A stretch of DNA of 64,000 bases from Myxococcales bacterium (GTDB lineage: Bacteria; Myxococcota_A; Polyangia; Polyangiales; DASUME01). The stretch lies in the NCBI GenBank assembly GCA_047601445.1, contig JASGJH010000001.1, positions 800,001-864,000 of the forward strand. Reading direction: 5' to 3'. Made by a program: the position numbers and the translations under genes. Under the pieces are notes generated by a model that worked only from the letters and a program-made list of their open reading frames with translations, searched no databases and had not been told where the DNA came from. Of this stretch, positions 10,373 to 21,355 are shown one piece after another. The stretch's first letter is position 1. Every line of letters begins with the position of its first letter.

Positions 10373-11185
10373 GTGGCTGAAGAAAGACTCCAGAAAATCC
10401 TGGCGCGTGCCGGTGTGGCTTCCCGGCGCGCCGCCGAGCAATTGATCACCGGCGGACGCGTGCGCGTGAACGGCACCGTGGTCACCGAGCTCGGCTCCCG
10501 CGCTGACCTCTCGCGCGACAAAGTGGAGGTCGACGGCAAGCCGCTCGCCCAGCGCGAAGAGCCCGTATACTTCCTGCTGCACAAGCCGCGCGGCATGGTC
10601 ACCACGCTGAAGGACCCAGAAGGCCGCCCGTCGCTCTCGGAGTTGCTCGGCGGCATCAGCGAGCGCGTATACCCGGTGGGTCGACTCGACTTCCATACCA
10701 GTGGTGCACTCCTCCTCACCAACGACGGCGACCTGGCGCAGGCCCTGTTGCATCCGTCGCGCGAGGTCCCCAAGACCTACATCGCCAAGCTCAACCGGCA
10801 GGCCGACCAGCGCATGATCTCCGAGCTGCGCCAAGGTGTGACCCTGGACGACGGCTACCGCACCCAGCCCGCGCGCGTCCTCGAAGTGCGCCAAGAGGAG
10901 CAGAAGAGCTGGCTCGAGATCACCATCACCGAGGGCAAAAACCGCCAAATCCACCGCATGGTGGAGGCCGTGGGACCCCTGGTGATGCGCCTCTCACGGC
11001 TGAGCTTCGCCGGCCTGAGCACCGAAGGCCTGCGCCCCGGTGAACTACGACCGCTGACAAACGAAGAGCTCGAGCGCTTGCGCCGCGAGTACTTGCCCAC
11101 GAGTGCGAGAGCGGTGCACACGAGCGCGCCCAAGCCGCCCAAAAAACCTGTGAGACCGGTAGGAAAACCGCCTCGCCGAGTTTGA
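10373..11185 (+). CDS. rluB: 23S rRNA pseudouridine synthase, RluB/RsuA family
   Basis: S4 domain ERLQKILARAGVASRR, HKPRG, catalytic VGRLD, EGKNRQI. Confidence 0.88.
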   Translation: MAEERLQKILARAGVASRRAAEQLITGGRVRVNGTVVTELGSRADLSRDKVEVDGKPLAQREEPVYFLLHKPRGMVTTLKDPEGRPSLSELLGGISERVYPVGRLDFHTSGALLLTNDGDLAQALLHPSREVPKTYIAKLNRQADQRMISELRQGVTLDDGYRTQPARVLEVRQEEQKSWLEITITEGKNRQIHRMVEAVGPLVMRLSRLSFAGLSTEGLRPGELRPLTNEELERLRREYLPTSARAVHTSAPKPPKKPVRPVGKPPRRV

Positions 11186-11215
11186 CTCTCCGAAACTTCC
11201 AAGCCATATAGATGT

Positions 11216-11292
<77 letters not shown>

Positions 11293-11299
11293 ACAGTGT

Positions 11300-11345
11300 G
11301 AAGCCGCTCAGGGACGACGAGCCCTGGAGCGGCTTCTCGCTTTTA
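11300..11345 (+). terminator. Intrinsic terminator after the tRNA
   Basis: GAAGCCGCTCAGGG...CCCTGGAGCGGCTTC stem followed by a short T run. Confidence 0.7.
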
Positions 11346-11850
11346 ACTGGCCGCCATCTTTGTTACGCGCGGCAGGACCCCGCCAGCGTGGCGCGATGGC
11401 TCCATCGTTGTTGGGCTGTCACCCGTCCATCCTTCGGCGATGGCGCGTAGCTGATCGCGCGCGCCCTTCGGGAGGCGCGTCGCGGCGTGCATCGAGTGTG
11501 AAGACGGGTTGGACGAAGCTCGGCGTGCGAAGGAGCCTTGGAGCTCAGCCTGGATCCGAGTGCGATGTGTTGCGGCCCGATCAATCGTCGACGAACCACG
11601 AAGCCTCCGCTCTCGAACGGGCTCGTCGTGTTGGCGAAGGATTGATTGATGCGACCTGCACCGCTGCCAGCGTCGAGCGCGGGGCCGAGCACGACTCCAC
11701 GATGCTTGCTCACGTAGGTGCTTCAGCGGGAACCCTACCCACGGTTCGCACGCCGGGGACGTCGGACACCACGGCCGTTTGCCCTCACACCGCTCACGTA
11801 GTGGGCCTGGCGCGTGAGGCGTATCGTTCAAGCAGTCCAGGGCCAAGCGC

Positions 11851-14189
11851 ATGTGGCATACGACCAAACTTCTGCGGCTGGCGCACAATCCCGGAACTTT
11901 CGAGTTCTACAGAGAGGTTTTCTCTGCTGTCGCCGATGGCATCGTGGTCATCGATGCTCAATCCCGCTGCGTCGAAGCCAATGACGCTTTCTGCCGGATG
12001 GTTGGCTTCGAGCGCACGGAACTGCTCGGCCTGGGAGCACCTTATCCGTTCTGGCCCTCCGAGGAGCTAACCACCATCCTGCCTGCATTTCGGGCGGCGC
12101 TGGAGGGTAGCCATGCCGACCTGCAGTTCACCTTGTGCAAAAGAGCGGTGAGCGCTTTCGGGCCTTCGTGCATCCGGCAGCGATCCGCGACCGAGCGGGC
12201 GCACCGCTCTATTTCGTTGCTTCGGTCAAGGATGCTTCCGAGCACGCGCGGCTCGAGCGTGCGCTGGTGCGCTCCGAGGAGCGCTGGCGCTCGATTGCCC
12301 ACAATCCCTACGACTTCGTCGCCATCCTCGGCGCGGACTATCGCTATCAATACATGAACCGCACGGAGCCTGGCATCGAGGCCGAGGGCTTGATCGGGAA
12401 GCTGACTCCCTTCGACTACGTGGATGCACGCCACCACGCCGAGATGCGCGAGGCCTTCGAGCGGAGCTTCGCCGGCGCCGTGACCACCTACGACTGCTAT
12501 GTCCCGGCCGTAGGGCGCTGGTATTCGAACGTGGTGTCGCCGCTCAAGGAAGAGGGGAGCATCCGCGCTATCTCGGTGCTCACCCGTGACATCACCGAAC
12601 AAAAGCGCATGTTCGACGCGCAGCGTGCGGACGAGCGCCGCCTTCAGTTGGCGCTGTGGGCGGGCGACATGGGCACCATCGAGGGCGACCTGACGACCGG
12701 CCGCTGGATCTTTTCTCCGCGCGTGTACGACCTGTGGGGGTACCCGCAGGGCAGCCTCGATATGCCCACGGACCTGGACGATTTCTTCTCGCGCGTGCAT
12801 CCGGACGACGTGGCCGTGCTGCGCGACTCGGTGGGCGAGGCGATTCAATCGCGAGCCCCAGTGCGCTTGGAGTATCGGATTCGGCGCGCTTCCGGCGAGT
12901 GGCTTTGGATCGAGGCGCGCGTGCGCTGTTTCACGGAGCCTGACGGGTCCGTGCACCTCTACGGCGTACTCGCTGATATCTCCGGAAGAAAGAAGGCGGA
13001 GGCAGACCATGCGCGCATCGCGAGCCAGCTGAGGCACGCGCAAAAGATGGACACACTCGGCACCCTGGCAGGCGGCATCGCCCACGACTTCAACAACATC
13101 TTGATGCCCATCCTCGGCAACGCGGAGCTGCTGCTCGCGCACCTCGAGCCCAGTAGTCAGCTCGCCACGCGCGCCGAGGCCATCGTGCAGGCGGCGCTGC
13201 GAGCTCAGGAACTGGTCGGTCGAATTCTCGTCTTTGGAAGGCCTGGCGACGAGCAAAAGAGCTGGGTGCGCATCCAGGACCTGGCGCGCGAAGCTTTGCG
13301 GCTGGTCGCCACTTCGCTGCCTTCGTCGGTGGAGCTCATCACCGAAATCGACGACAGCTGTCCTTCGGTCTGGGCCTCACCGGGACAAGTCCATCAGGCG
13401 ATCCTGAACGTGGGCACGAATGCCTACCAGGCCCTGCGCAGCACCGGTGGTCACCTGACGCTGCGCGTGACGCAAACGAGTGTCGACGAGCCGCTGCACG
13501 AAGTTCACGGCGTGTCGCTGGGGAGGGCGGTCAAGGTCACGGTCCAAGACGATGGGCCCGGGATTCCCCTCGAGCTGCAAGAGCGGATCTTCGAGCCTTT
13601 TTTCACGACCAAGGGCGTGGGCGAAGGGACGGGGCTAGGACTCTCCTTGGTGCACTCGATCATGAAGTCCCACGGTGGATCGGTCGTCCTGCACAGCGAG
13701 CCTGGGCGGGGGGCGCTGTTCGAGCTGTATTTTCACGTGGGCGATCACGGGGAACATCAGCCACACCGCGAGCCTCCCGCGCCGCAGAAGGGCGCTGAGC
13801 ATTTTCTGCGCATCATGTGCATCGACGACGACGCTACGGTGCTGATGGCGCTCGACGCGATGCTGACGCATGTCGGGCACCGGGTGACGAGCGTCGGCTC
13901 CCCTCATGAGGCGCTCGCCAGACTGCGCGACGATGCTGCAGAGTTTGATTTAATCGTGACCGACTACACCATGCCGCAGCTCAACGGCCTGGAGTTTGCG
14001 CGCCTCCTCCTGGAGCTGCGCCCGGATTTGCCCGTGATCTTGATCAGCGGCTACGCCGACGTCGCGGGTTCGAGCAGCTTGCCTCCAAACGTGCGCAGCG
14101 TACTGAAGAAGCCGATCACGCTGGCGGCGCTTCTCGATGCGGTGCGGCGCACGAACTTGGTGGACGAGGATTCACCCAAGCGGCGCTAG
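11851..14189 (+). CDS. Multi-PAS hybrid sensor histidine kinase with receiver domain; apparent 1-base deletion at ~12140
   Basis: First PAS domain in ORF 11851, remainder in ORF 12135; adding one A to the A-run restores CKKSGERF; GGIAHDFNNIL H-box, FEPFFTTK, GTGLGL, DLIVTDYTMP receiver. Confidence 0.88.
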
Positions 14190-14435
14190 CGCCGAAGTCG
14201 TCCGTTCTTCGTCGCGAGCCGCCAAGGGCGCTCATGAGCCCTTACCCGCAAGGCCCAACCTGCCATGGATGGCATCTTCGGCCTTGCCGTAAACCAGCTT
14301 GGCGCCGTCGCGGCGCGAACGCTCCTTCCCGCGAAGGAACCAGGCGCCATCACGTCGCGCACAAGCGTCGGGGTGACGGGGGGCCAGGCGGGGGAGTGTG
14401 TTGGAGCGCGTTGGACGATTGCGTTCCGTCGTCCG

Positions 14436-14957
14436 CTAGCGTGCCTTCCTCTTGTCAGCCGCCCGGAACGCCATCACCTGCGCCGCAAGGCCCGCCGCCA
14501 CCGCGACGTCTACCGAGCGCTTGTCGGCGAGTGCTCTGAGCTCGTTGGCCAGTTCGGTGCGGCCGAGCAAGGAGAGGCGGGCCGAGCACAGGATCGCCAG
14601 AACCCCGCGTAGATCCTCGGCCGCATCGTGACCATCCTGGGAACCTGCGGCGACCACCGAGGCGCTGCGGGCTAGCTGACGGGTCAACAGCAGGCGTCGG
14701 TTGTCGCGGGAGGCCCAGGCCCACTCGATGAAGCTCAGCGCTCGCAGCGCGCGAGGATCTTCTCCCATGGATGTGATGAGGTCCACGGCGGCCACGGCGA
14801 TGCGCGCTTCAGGGTCCGCAGCGTTGGCGCCATGGAAAGTCTTGGCTCGAGCTGCGCTGGCTTCGGTGGATGGGGGGAGATCCTCGGGGGCGATGTCGCC
14901 CAGATGATGGATCGCGGCTTCGAGTTGCTCGCGGGGTTGTCTCTCACGAATCGACAC
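14436..14957 (-). CDS. Hypothetical helical protein
   Basis: GTG start with AAGGGGA RBS; protein-like Ala/Leu composition; no recognisable motif. Confidence 0.45.
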   Translation of the reverse strand: MSIRERQPREQLEAAIHHLGDIAPEDLPPSTEASAARAKTFHGANAADPEARIAVAAVDLITSMGEDPRALRALSFIEWAWASRDNRRLLLTRQLARSASVVAAGSQDGHDAAEDLRGVLAILCSARLSLLGRTELANELRALADKRSVDVAVAAGLAAQVMAFRAADKRKAR

Positions 14958-15435
14958 CTGTCGTCCCCTTGTGGTTCGGCGGACGGGCTTGGCGTTGCGC
15001 GCCGTGCTGGTCCCCCCACAAGTTTGCCCGATCGGCCAGATCAAGCACGGGGACGGTGGGACAACGTTGAGGTGAGCCGTCTGCGCGCGAATTTCTGCCT
15101 TGGGACAGCGAGGAAGGTGGCCGTGGCTCAGTCGTCGCTGCTCACTCGTTCGCGCACCAGCCGGTGGTGCGCTGCAGGCTCGGCGTGGGCCGCCGGACGG
15201 AGGAATCCTGGCCCTCTGTAGCTGGTGAAGTCGACAGGGAGCTTCAAGCTATCGAAGAAGTCCAGAGCGCTGGCGTACTGCCAGCCGGTGGGGCCGGTCT
15301 GTGCGGTGTCGCTCGTGCCCGTCCAAAAGTGACCTCCATGGCGACACGGAGATCACGTCGCCGTAAGGTGGGTTGTCCACGTCGGCATTCACCACGGTCA
15401 GGGTCGGCTGAAGCGCTGGCTAGCCGGGCCTCTGC

Positions 15436-16101
15436 TCAGTCATCTTCGCAAGGCGGGTGGAAGGCGCCTGCGTTGCCGGCGACGCCGTAGGGCTCCGGAG
15501 CCGTCTGGAAGTGGTCGCACGCGTTCTCTCCGAAGACGACGCTGGCGAGCGAGGCCTCGGTGGTCACGTACGCTCCGCATTTGTCCACACACCCGGTGAT
15601 CTCCACGCTGCCGTAACCGGCTACGTGATCGAACATCATCGCCGGCACGCAGGTCGTGTCGAGCACGCCGTCTTTGAAGAGATTCGGATCGTAGATGTGC
15701 GAGGAGTCTGCGGTGATCTGCGACACCTCGGCGCTGTACTCGATGCTGAAGGTTCGCCTCACGCCGCATTGGAGCTTGCCGGCGTCGGCCGCAGACGAAC
15801 CGCCCAGGCTTGCATCGGTCGCGGCGTCCGTCGCGCTGCCCGCATCGAGGCCACCGTGGTTGCCCGCGTCGTGAGGGGGGCTCACGCTGGCATCCCCATC
15901 CCCATCCCCATCCCCATCGCCGATCCCTGCGGCGTCCATGCCGGTGCCTGCATCACTCGTGTGGTGTGGCCCATCAGCCGGCGAGTCGCCGCATGCGACC
16001 GCAACGACCACGATGCTCGCCAGGGCAACGCGTCGATGACCGCCGGCAAAAGTCCTGCAAATGTGATCGCGCGCGCCCAAGGGACCCTCCTGGCGGCTCA
16101 A
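15436..16101 (-). CDS. Hypothetical lipoprotein with GD-repeat linker and Cys-containing C-terminal domain
   Basis: Lipobox VAVAC; GDGDGDGDGD encoded by (CCCCAT)n on + strand at ~15892-15918. Confidence 0.7.
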   Translation of the reverse strand: MSRQEGPLGARDHICRTFAGGHRRVALASIVVVAVACGDSPADGPHHTSDAGTGMDAAGIGDGDGDGDGDASVSPPHDAGNHGGLDAGSATDAATDASLGGSSAADAGKLQCGVRRTFSIEYSAEVSQITADSSHIYDPNLFKDGVLDTTCVPAMMFDHVAGYGSVEITGCVDKCGAYVTTEASLASVVFGENACDHFQTAPEPYGVAGNAGAFHPPCEDD

Positions 16102-16275
16102 GTGCCAGCGTTGAGTGGAGAGCTAAGCACAGAGGAATCAGCTGGTCACCACAAGACGCAGCTTGGGCCGGCCGGCTCCGAGACCGAAACCGTCCACCGA
16201 TCGTCCAGCGTGAGTCTTCGCAGCCGCCTGCCTGGCAAAACCCACGGATTGGCGGCTGTGCGGCCATGATGGGGT

Positions 16276-16903
16276 ATGCCCCTCCGCTCAACCTATTTGG
16301 TGCCAAGCGCTTCCCACCCGGCGCTCCAGAGCGTCTTGCTCGCAGCGATGCTCTTGGGCTGCGGGCACAAGACCGCCGATGAGCGGAGCCAATCCGGCAA
16401 GGTCGACTCCGGCGCCGGCGATGGCGATGCAACCGGCGATGGCGATGCAACCGGCGATGGCGATGGGGATGCCGCGGGCGACGGGGATGCCGCGGGCGAT
16501 GGGGATGCCGCGGGCGGTGGGGATACCTCGGCCATGGCGTGTTCGGGCACCTGCCAGTGCAACAGGGGCGCGACCTGCGATTTCAGCTGCGGGGCGAACT
16601 GCGACAAGAATCGAGTGCCTAGGCGGGACCTGCAGCGCGGATTGCAGCGCGGGTGGCTGCGATCTGGACTGCGACCGCGGTGGCACCTGCGATTACAGGT
16701 GCACCGGGGGTGGCTGTGCGTTCGACTGTGATGGCAACGCGACGTGCAATGTCGACTGCTCGGGCGGCGGATGCGAGGTCGTTTGCGATCGCGGCACGCG
16801 CTGCAATGTGAAGTGCTCCAAGGATGAGCCCTGTGACGTGACCTGCGAGTCCACCGGAAAGCTCGAGTCGTGCACGGGCGCCTGCAACATCCACGGTTGT
16901 TGA
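16276..16903 (+). CDS. Cys-rich repeat lipoprotein; apparent +1 frameshift at ~16609
   Basis: Lipobox LLGC, GD repeats, then CxxxC repeats split over two frames; reading GATC for GAATC (16608-16612) gives CDKIECLGGTCSADC. Confidence 0.75.
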
Positions 16904-17060
16904 TTCGACCGGAGCGCGAGGTGGTTGGCAGCAAACCGACCAGTGCTGGATCGCATCGCAGTCCTCGATGCCGTTCCTGCGCCGCGCGCTGCTGTGGCTT
17001 CTCTGCCTTCCTCAGGTGGGCCGCTCTACTGGCGTGCTGAGCTCGACTGAAGCGCGCGCG

Positions 17061-17810
17061 CTACGGGCCCGTGTAGCTCGCGATCAGCGAGAGCGATTCC
17101 AGAGGGCCGGAGGCCTGGATATAAGCCTCGATTTCGGCCGGAGATCGCAAGACCGACGCGCTGAGGCTTCCAGCCAGCGCGTAGCGCGAGATCTGGTACG
17201 GGTGCATGCCGTTGGCACAGGGGCCTCGGTAGTAGCGCTTCGCGGCGGCCGCGCTGCCGCTCACTTGCTTCGCTCCCGGTACGGCGCTGGGCATGGGATC
17301 TGCGCCGAGATCCGCGGGCAGGGAGGTGACCGTGCTGGGGATGTCCCAGATGGCCCAGAGCACGCGATCCGGGTCGTACGAGACGGCATCGAGATTGCGC
17401 AGCACCACCGCGTAGCTGAGCGTGCCCGCGGGGCCCGGGGGCCAGGACAGACTCGGAGAGATGTCGGCTCCACCGCAGGTGTTCAGCGCTGGAAACGTGC
17501 CGCCGTTTGCGATGGTCGGACTCCACAGACTCGTGGGCGGTGCGCTGATTCCTGCGTCGGGTACGGCTGAATCCGCGTCGACGTGGCTCGTATCCTGACC
17601 GGCATCGCGCTCGTCGTCGGTGGCCATTTGATCGGCTGAATCGTCGTCCTCGCGGCCGGCGTCCTCGTCGTCGTCCGCTTCATCGGCCGGATCGACGGTC
17701 GGGTTATCGTCGCCGAGCGCGGCTTGGCTCGCGGTGCCGTAGCCGATGAGCATGCATCCCTGGAAGAGCATGGACGCCGCAGCCAGGGAGGTTCGGAAGA
17801 AGCGCTGCAT
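17061..17810 (-). CDS. YbhB/YbcL (PEBP-like) lipoprotein
   Basis: CGGADISPSLSW..GPAGTLSYAVVL, WAIWDIP, YRGPC, HPYQ..YAL. Confidence 0.8.
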   Translation of the reverse strand: MQRFFRTSLAAASMLFQGCMLIGYGTASQAALGDDNPTVDPADEADDDEDAGREDDDSADQMATDDERDAGQDTSHVDADSAVPDAGISAPPTSLWSPTIANGGTFPALNTCGGADISPSLSWPPGPAGTLSYAVVLRNLDAVSYDPDRVLWAIWDIPSTVTSLPADLGADPMPSAVPGAKQVSGSAAAAKRYYRGPCANGMHPYQISRYALAGSLSASVLRSPAEIEAYIQASGPLESLSLIASYTGP

Positions 17811-17839
17811 CTCACCGTCCGTCGAAAAGCGCTCGAGGT

Positions 17840-18511
17840 TCAGCGTGTGTTGGCGCGTTGAGCGCAGAGGAAGCGCGCCAGCGGATCTTGCGGATCTGGA
17901 TCATTGCAATCGATGCCGAGTTGCTCGGCGAGGTCGGCCGCACCTCCTGCACCTCCACCGCCGCCGAAGAACCCGCCGGGGCCGCCGTCCCGGTTACCGA
18001 AGCCTCCGCCGCCGAAGAAGCCGCCCGCACCGCCGTCCCGGTTGCCGAAGCCACCGCCGCCGAAGAACCCGCCGACGCCGCCGTCCCGGTTGCCGAAGCC
18101 ACCCGCGCCGCCGAAGAGGCCGCCCAGTCCGCCGTCCGCGCCTCCGAAGCCACCGCCGCTGAAGAGACCGCCCGTTCCACCCGTGGTGTCGCCACCGCCG
18201 CCGAAGAGTCCACCTCCGCCCGCAGCGGTGCCCCCAGCGCCTCCCACCAGGCTGCACAGGAGCTGCGAGATTTGGTCGGTCGCGTTCTCGCAATCGAGGC
18301 CAGGAATGGCGGGCTGATCCGACGTGCCTGCGTCCTCCGCTCCCTCGTCGTCGCCTGCGCCTTCGCCAGCGCCGTCGAGATCGCCGTCGCCGTCCGGGAC
18401 CTCGCCCTCCGCGCCCGGCGGGGAAAACTCTTCGGCGGTGTGGTGGCTGGAACAGCCCGCGAGAACCAAAATCGCAGTGCAGAGAACCCGTGCGGCAACT
18501 TTGCTAGACAT
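17840..18511 (-). CDS. Gly-rich repeat lipoprotein
   Basis: Lipobox LAGC; tandem GGFFGGGGFGNRDGG units flanked by two similar GLDC..D..LC modules. Confidence 0.7.
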   Translation of the reverse strand: MSSKVAARVLCTAILVLAGCSSHHTAEEFSPPGAEGEVPDGDGDLDGAGEGAGDDEGAEDAGTSDQPAIPGLDCENATDQISQLLCSLVGGAGGTAAGGGGLFGGGGDTTGGTGGLFSGGGFGGADGGLGGLFGGAGGFGNRDGGVGGFFGGGGFGNRDGGAGGFFGGGGFGNRDGGPGGFFGGGGGAGGAADLAEQLGIDCNDPDPQDPLARFLCAQRANTR

Positions 18512-18818
18512 CTCGCCTTCTCCTCGGTCCCGGCTGCGGACGCAGGACAGCCGCCGGGCCGCCAGGAGAGGCTGGTTTCCAGCCCACGCCCGACGCCCGT
18601 CGCAGCCGACGCCCGTTGCCTGAACGGGAGTCGCGCGCGCCTGGCGGATTTATCAACTCAAGAGCATCGCTCGTGCAGAACGCCACCTCGCCGGCAACCG
18701 GGCTGATTGGCCAAGCCAGCTGACGTGTTCGACAATAGGTGTATGGGGGGCGATTCAATGCGGACAGAACCTGTCCTCTATTCTGACTATGCTCTCCAGC
18801 GAAAGGCAGGCAATCCCC

Positions 18819-19439
18819 ATGTCCATCGTGCTCTATCACCACCCGTACAGTCGCGCCTCGGGCGTCGTTTGGATGCTCGAAGAAGTAGGCGCACCCTACG
18901 AGCTGCGCTTCACGGACATCACCAAGGGCGACCAAAAGAAGCCGGAGTTTCTCGCGCTGAACGCCATGGGCAAGCTGCCCACGCTGCAGGATGGCGACAC
19001 GGTGGTCACCGAGGCGGCGGCCATCGGGCTGTACCTGGCGGATCGCTACGCGTACGGACGTCTGGCGCCGAAGGTGGATGACCCGCTGCGCGCCGCCTAC
19101 TACCGCTGGGCCTTCTTCGCTCCTTCGGTCATCGAGCCCGGTGCGCTCGCGAAGCTATCCGGTTGGGCCTACCGCGACAGCAACGCGGGTTGGGGCTCCT
19201 ATGAGGCCATGCTCGACACCATGGAGAAGGCGGTCTCCGGGAAGGAGTACCTGCTCGGCGAGATGTTCTCCATGGCCGACGTGATCTTCGGAGGAACGCT
19301 GCGCTACATGCTGCGGTTCAAGACCATCGAAGCGCGCCCTGCCTTCGAGGCCTACGTGGAGCGCATCAGCGCGCGCCCCGCCGCGAGGCGCGCGGACGAG
19401 GTCAACAACCGAGCTCGCGAAGAGAACGGCGTGGCGTGA
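18819..19439 (+). CDS. Glutathione S-transferase family protein
   Basis: LYHHPYSRA..VWMLEEVG, NAMGKLPTL.DGD.VVTEAAAI, FSMADV. Confidence 0.92.
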   Translation: MSIVLYHHPYSRASGVVWMLEEVGAPYELRFTDITKGDQKKPEFLALNAMGKLPTLQDGDTVVTEAAAIGLYLADRYAYGRLAPKVDDPLRAAYYRWAFFAPSVIEPGALAKLSGWAYRDSNAGWGSYEAMLDTMEKAVSGKEYLLGEMFSMADVIFGGTLRYMLRFKTIEARPAFEAYVERISARPAARRADEVNNRAREENGVA

Positions 19440-19659
19440 GGTCTCTGAAGGGGGTGGCCGTGATGTTTGGAGGTCCAGGACGAGCGGGTGCACGCACGCG
19501 CGCTGAGGGCGCCGGGCGCATGGACCGGCGTGGGCTGGAGGCATGGCGCGATTGTGTGCGGTCCGAGCGCGTCCTGACGCCGTGCTGTGCCGCGCTCGTC
19601 ACTTGGCTTGGGAGGTTCTTCCCATCGACCTCCGGAGCAGCGCGCGCTTGAATGCCCGA

Positions 19660-19950
19660 ATGAGTTCGACGATGAGCCTGGCCGCGCTGGCGAGCGAAAA
19701 GATGGACGCCCAGATTCGTCGAGAGATCGCGCAGCTGATTGGCACGCAGCACGCCCCCGTGGCCGTTCACGTGGAGCGCGGTCAGATCACGCTGTTCGGG
19801 GACGTTGCGCGCCAGGAAGAGCTCGGCGAGCTGGCCACCCGATGCTGCTCCATCGACGCCGTGACTCAGGTGCAGACGCGCTTCTGGCTGGACGCGGAGC
19901 TGCTCGCCGGCGTTGAGAACCAGAACAGCGCGTTGCCCGCCAACGCGTAG
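19660..19950 (+). CDS. BON-domain protein
   Basis: DAQIRREI...VAVHVERGQITLFGDV...SIDAVTQV. Confidence 0.6.
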   Translation: MSSTMSLAALASEKMDAQIRREIAQLIGTQHAPVAVHVERGQITLFGDVARQEELGELATRCCSIDAVTQVQTRFWLDAELLAGVENQNSALPANA

Positions 19951-20009
19951 CGCACCCTCGCGCGATCGATCTCCTGGGCAGCTCGCGGGGCGCTCGGCAC
20001 TCTGGCGGC

Positions 20010-21299
20010 TCAGCGAACCGTGAACACCACGGGTCCCGCGAGCACGCCATAGCCGTCGTTCTCCAGGAAGTAGGCCGTGTAACTGCCAGTGGGAAGGGGC
20101 CAGGTGGGCTTCGCTCCGGTGCTGAAGGTGAGGGTGCCGGAGCGCGGGCCCGTGGTGCCGGTCACGGATTGTTTGCCGTTGGTGTAGAGCCACGCGGTGG
20201 ATCCGGTTTGTCCGGGCGTCTGGCCGCTCTTGTAGATGCCGACCCAATCCTTGGCGTTGCCAGCGCCGTTGGCGAAGGTGGCGGTGATGGCTTCGCCTGC
20301 GGCGTAGCTGGTCTTGTTGAGCGTGAGTGTGCTGGCTGGCGGGGGATTCTCGCCGCCGCCGGGGTCCAGGCGCACGTCGACGACGAGGCTTGCATGATCG
20401 CTGGGCCATTGGTTGTTGGCGTAGTTGGGGACCTGCTGCGGGGTTCCCACCACGAACACCGAGGTGCTCGCGAGCGTAACGCCGGCGCCCGCGTAGTGTG
20501 CCATGTCGATGCGGTCGAGGGGCTCGGGCTTGCCGTCGGCGTAGACGTAGGTTTGGTAGATGGGCGACCAGGTGATGCCGGGATTCTGTCGCGGGTCGGG
20601 ATAGACCTCGCGGTAGGCATCGCTGAGGCCTGCGTTCTGGATCTCCTGCGTCACGGGCAGAGCCAGTGTGTAGCCGCAGTGGCGATCGGCGGTGGCGGAC
20701 GTCCAGTCGAGATGGGACGGCGTGTTGAAGTCACCCAGCAGGAAGACGGGGACGTTGTCCGCGTTGGCGACGTAGGGGGCCATCTGCGAGAGGATGCTGC
20801 GGATCTCCGGGAGTTGAGTCTGCTCCTGATTGCGGATCACCTTGGCGGCGCTGAGTCGCTTGAGGCATGCGTCGTAGGGGGCGTACGGACTCGATGTCAG
20901 GTGCGCGCTCCACACGATCACGTCCTGCGGAGGGTTGCTGCTCAGCTGCACGCGCACACCCACGCCGGCGCTGTTCAGCGCGACGCCGAGCGTCTGCGTG
21001 ATCGGGTAGCGGCTCAACACGGCCACGCTGTTCGCCGGCTGCACCGAGTACCAACCGAGCTGGCTGGCCAGGCGCGCAGCGAGACCGTTGGACTCCTGGA
21101 TCGCCACGATGTCCGCGCCAGCTTGGGTAATCGCCGCGCGTGCCTTGGCTTCACCGTTGGTGACGTTGCTGGCGCCCACCCAGACATTGAAGGACATCAA
21201 CTTCAGACTGGTGACCTGCGCGGATGCTGACTGCGCCGCGAAGCACGGCAGCACCATCGACAGCAGCACGGCCCACCAAAACGTCGAAAAACGTCGCAT
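20010..21299 (-). CDS. Secreted endonuclease/exonuclease/phosphatase-family protein with C-terminal beta-sandwich domain
   Basis: Signal peptide; MSFNVW, ADIVAIQE, LLGDFNTPSH, DRID, WPSDH; C-terminal AKDWVGIY. Confidence 0.88.
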   Translation of the reverse strand: MRRFSTFWWAVLLSMVLPCFAAQSASAQVTSLKLMSFNVWVGASNVTNGEAKARAAITQAGADIVAIQESNGLAARLASQLGWYSVQPANSVAVLSRYPITQTLGVALNSAGVGVRVQLSSNPPQDVIVWSAHLTSSPYAPYDACLKRLSAAKVIRNQEQTQLPEIRSILSQMAPYVANADNVPVFLLGDFNTPSHLDWTSATADRHCGYTLALPVTQEIQNAGLSDAYREVYPDPRQNPGITWSPIYQTYVYADGKPEPLDRIDMAHYAGAGVTLASTSVFVVGTPQQVPNYANNQWPSDHASLVVDVRLDPGGGENPPPASTLTLNKTSYAAGEAITATFANGAGNAKDWVGIYKSGQTPGQTGSTAWLYTNGKQSVTGTTGPRSGTLTFSTGAKPTWPLPTGSYTAYFLENDGYGVLAGPVVFTVR

Positions 21300-21355
21300 G
21301 AATCCCCCTTTGGCGCGCCAGCATACGAAAGAGGGCAGCGAGCCAACGCAAAGTT

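Noticed and set aside
11343..11850. ORFs or an integrase remnant directly after the tRNA
   Set aside because: No recognisable recombinase or other motif in the listed frames.
12135..12145. Frameshift in the PAS kinase as programmed slippage or as part of the GATC pattern
   Set aside because: It is a 1-base loss in a short A homopolymer and not at GATC; an ordinary sequencing indel is the simplest explanation.
16418..18130. Tandem repeats as a CRISPR array
   Set aside because: They are in-frame coding repeats without unique spacers, and no cas genes are present.
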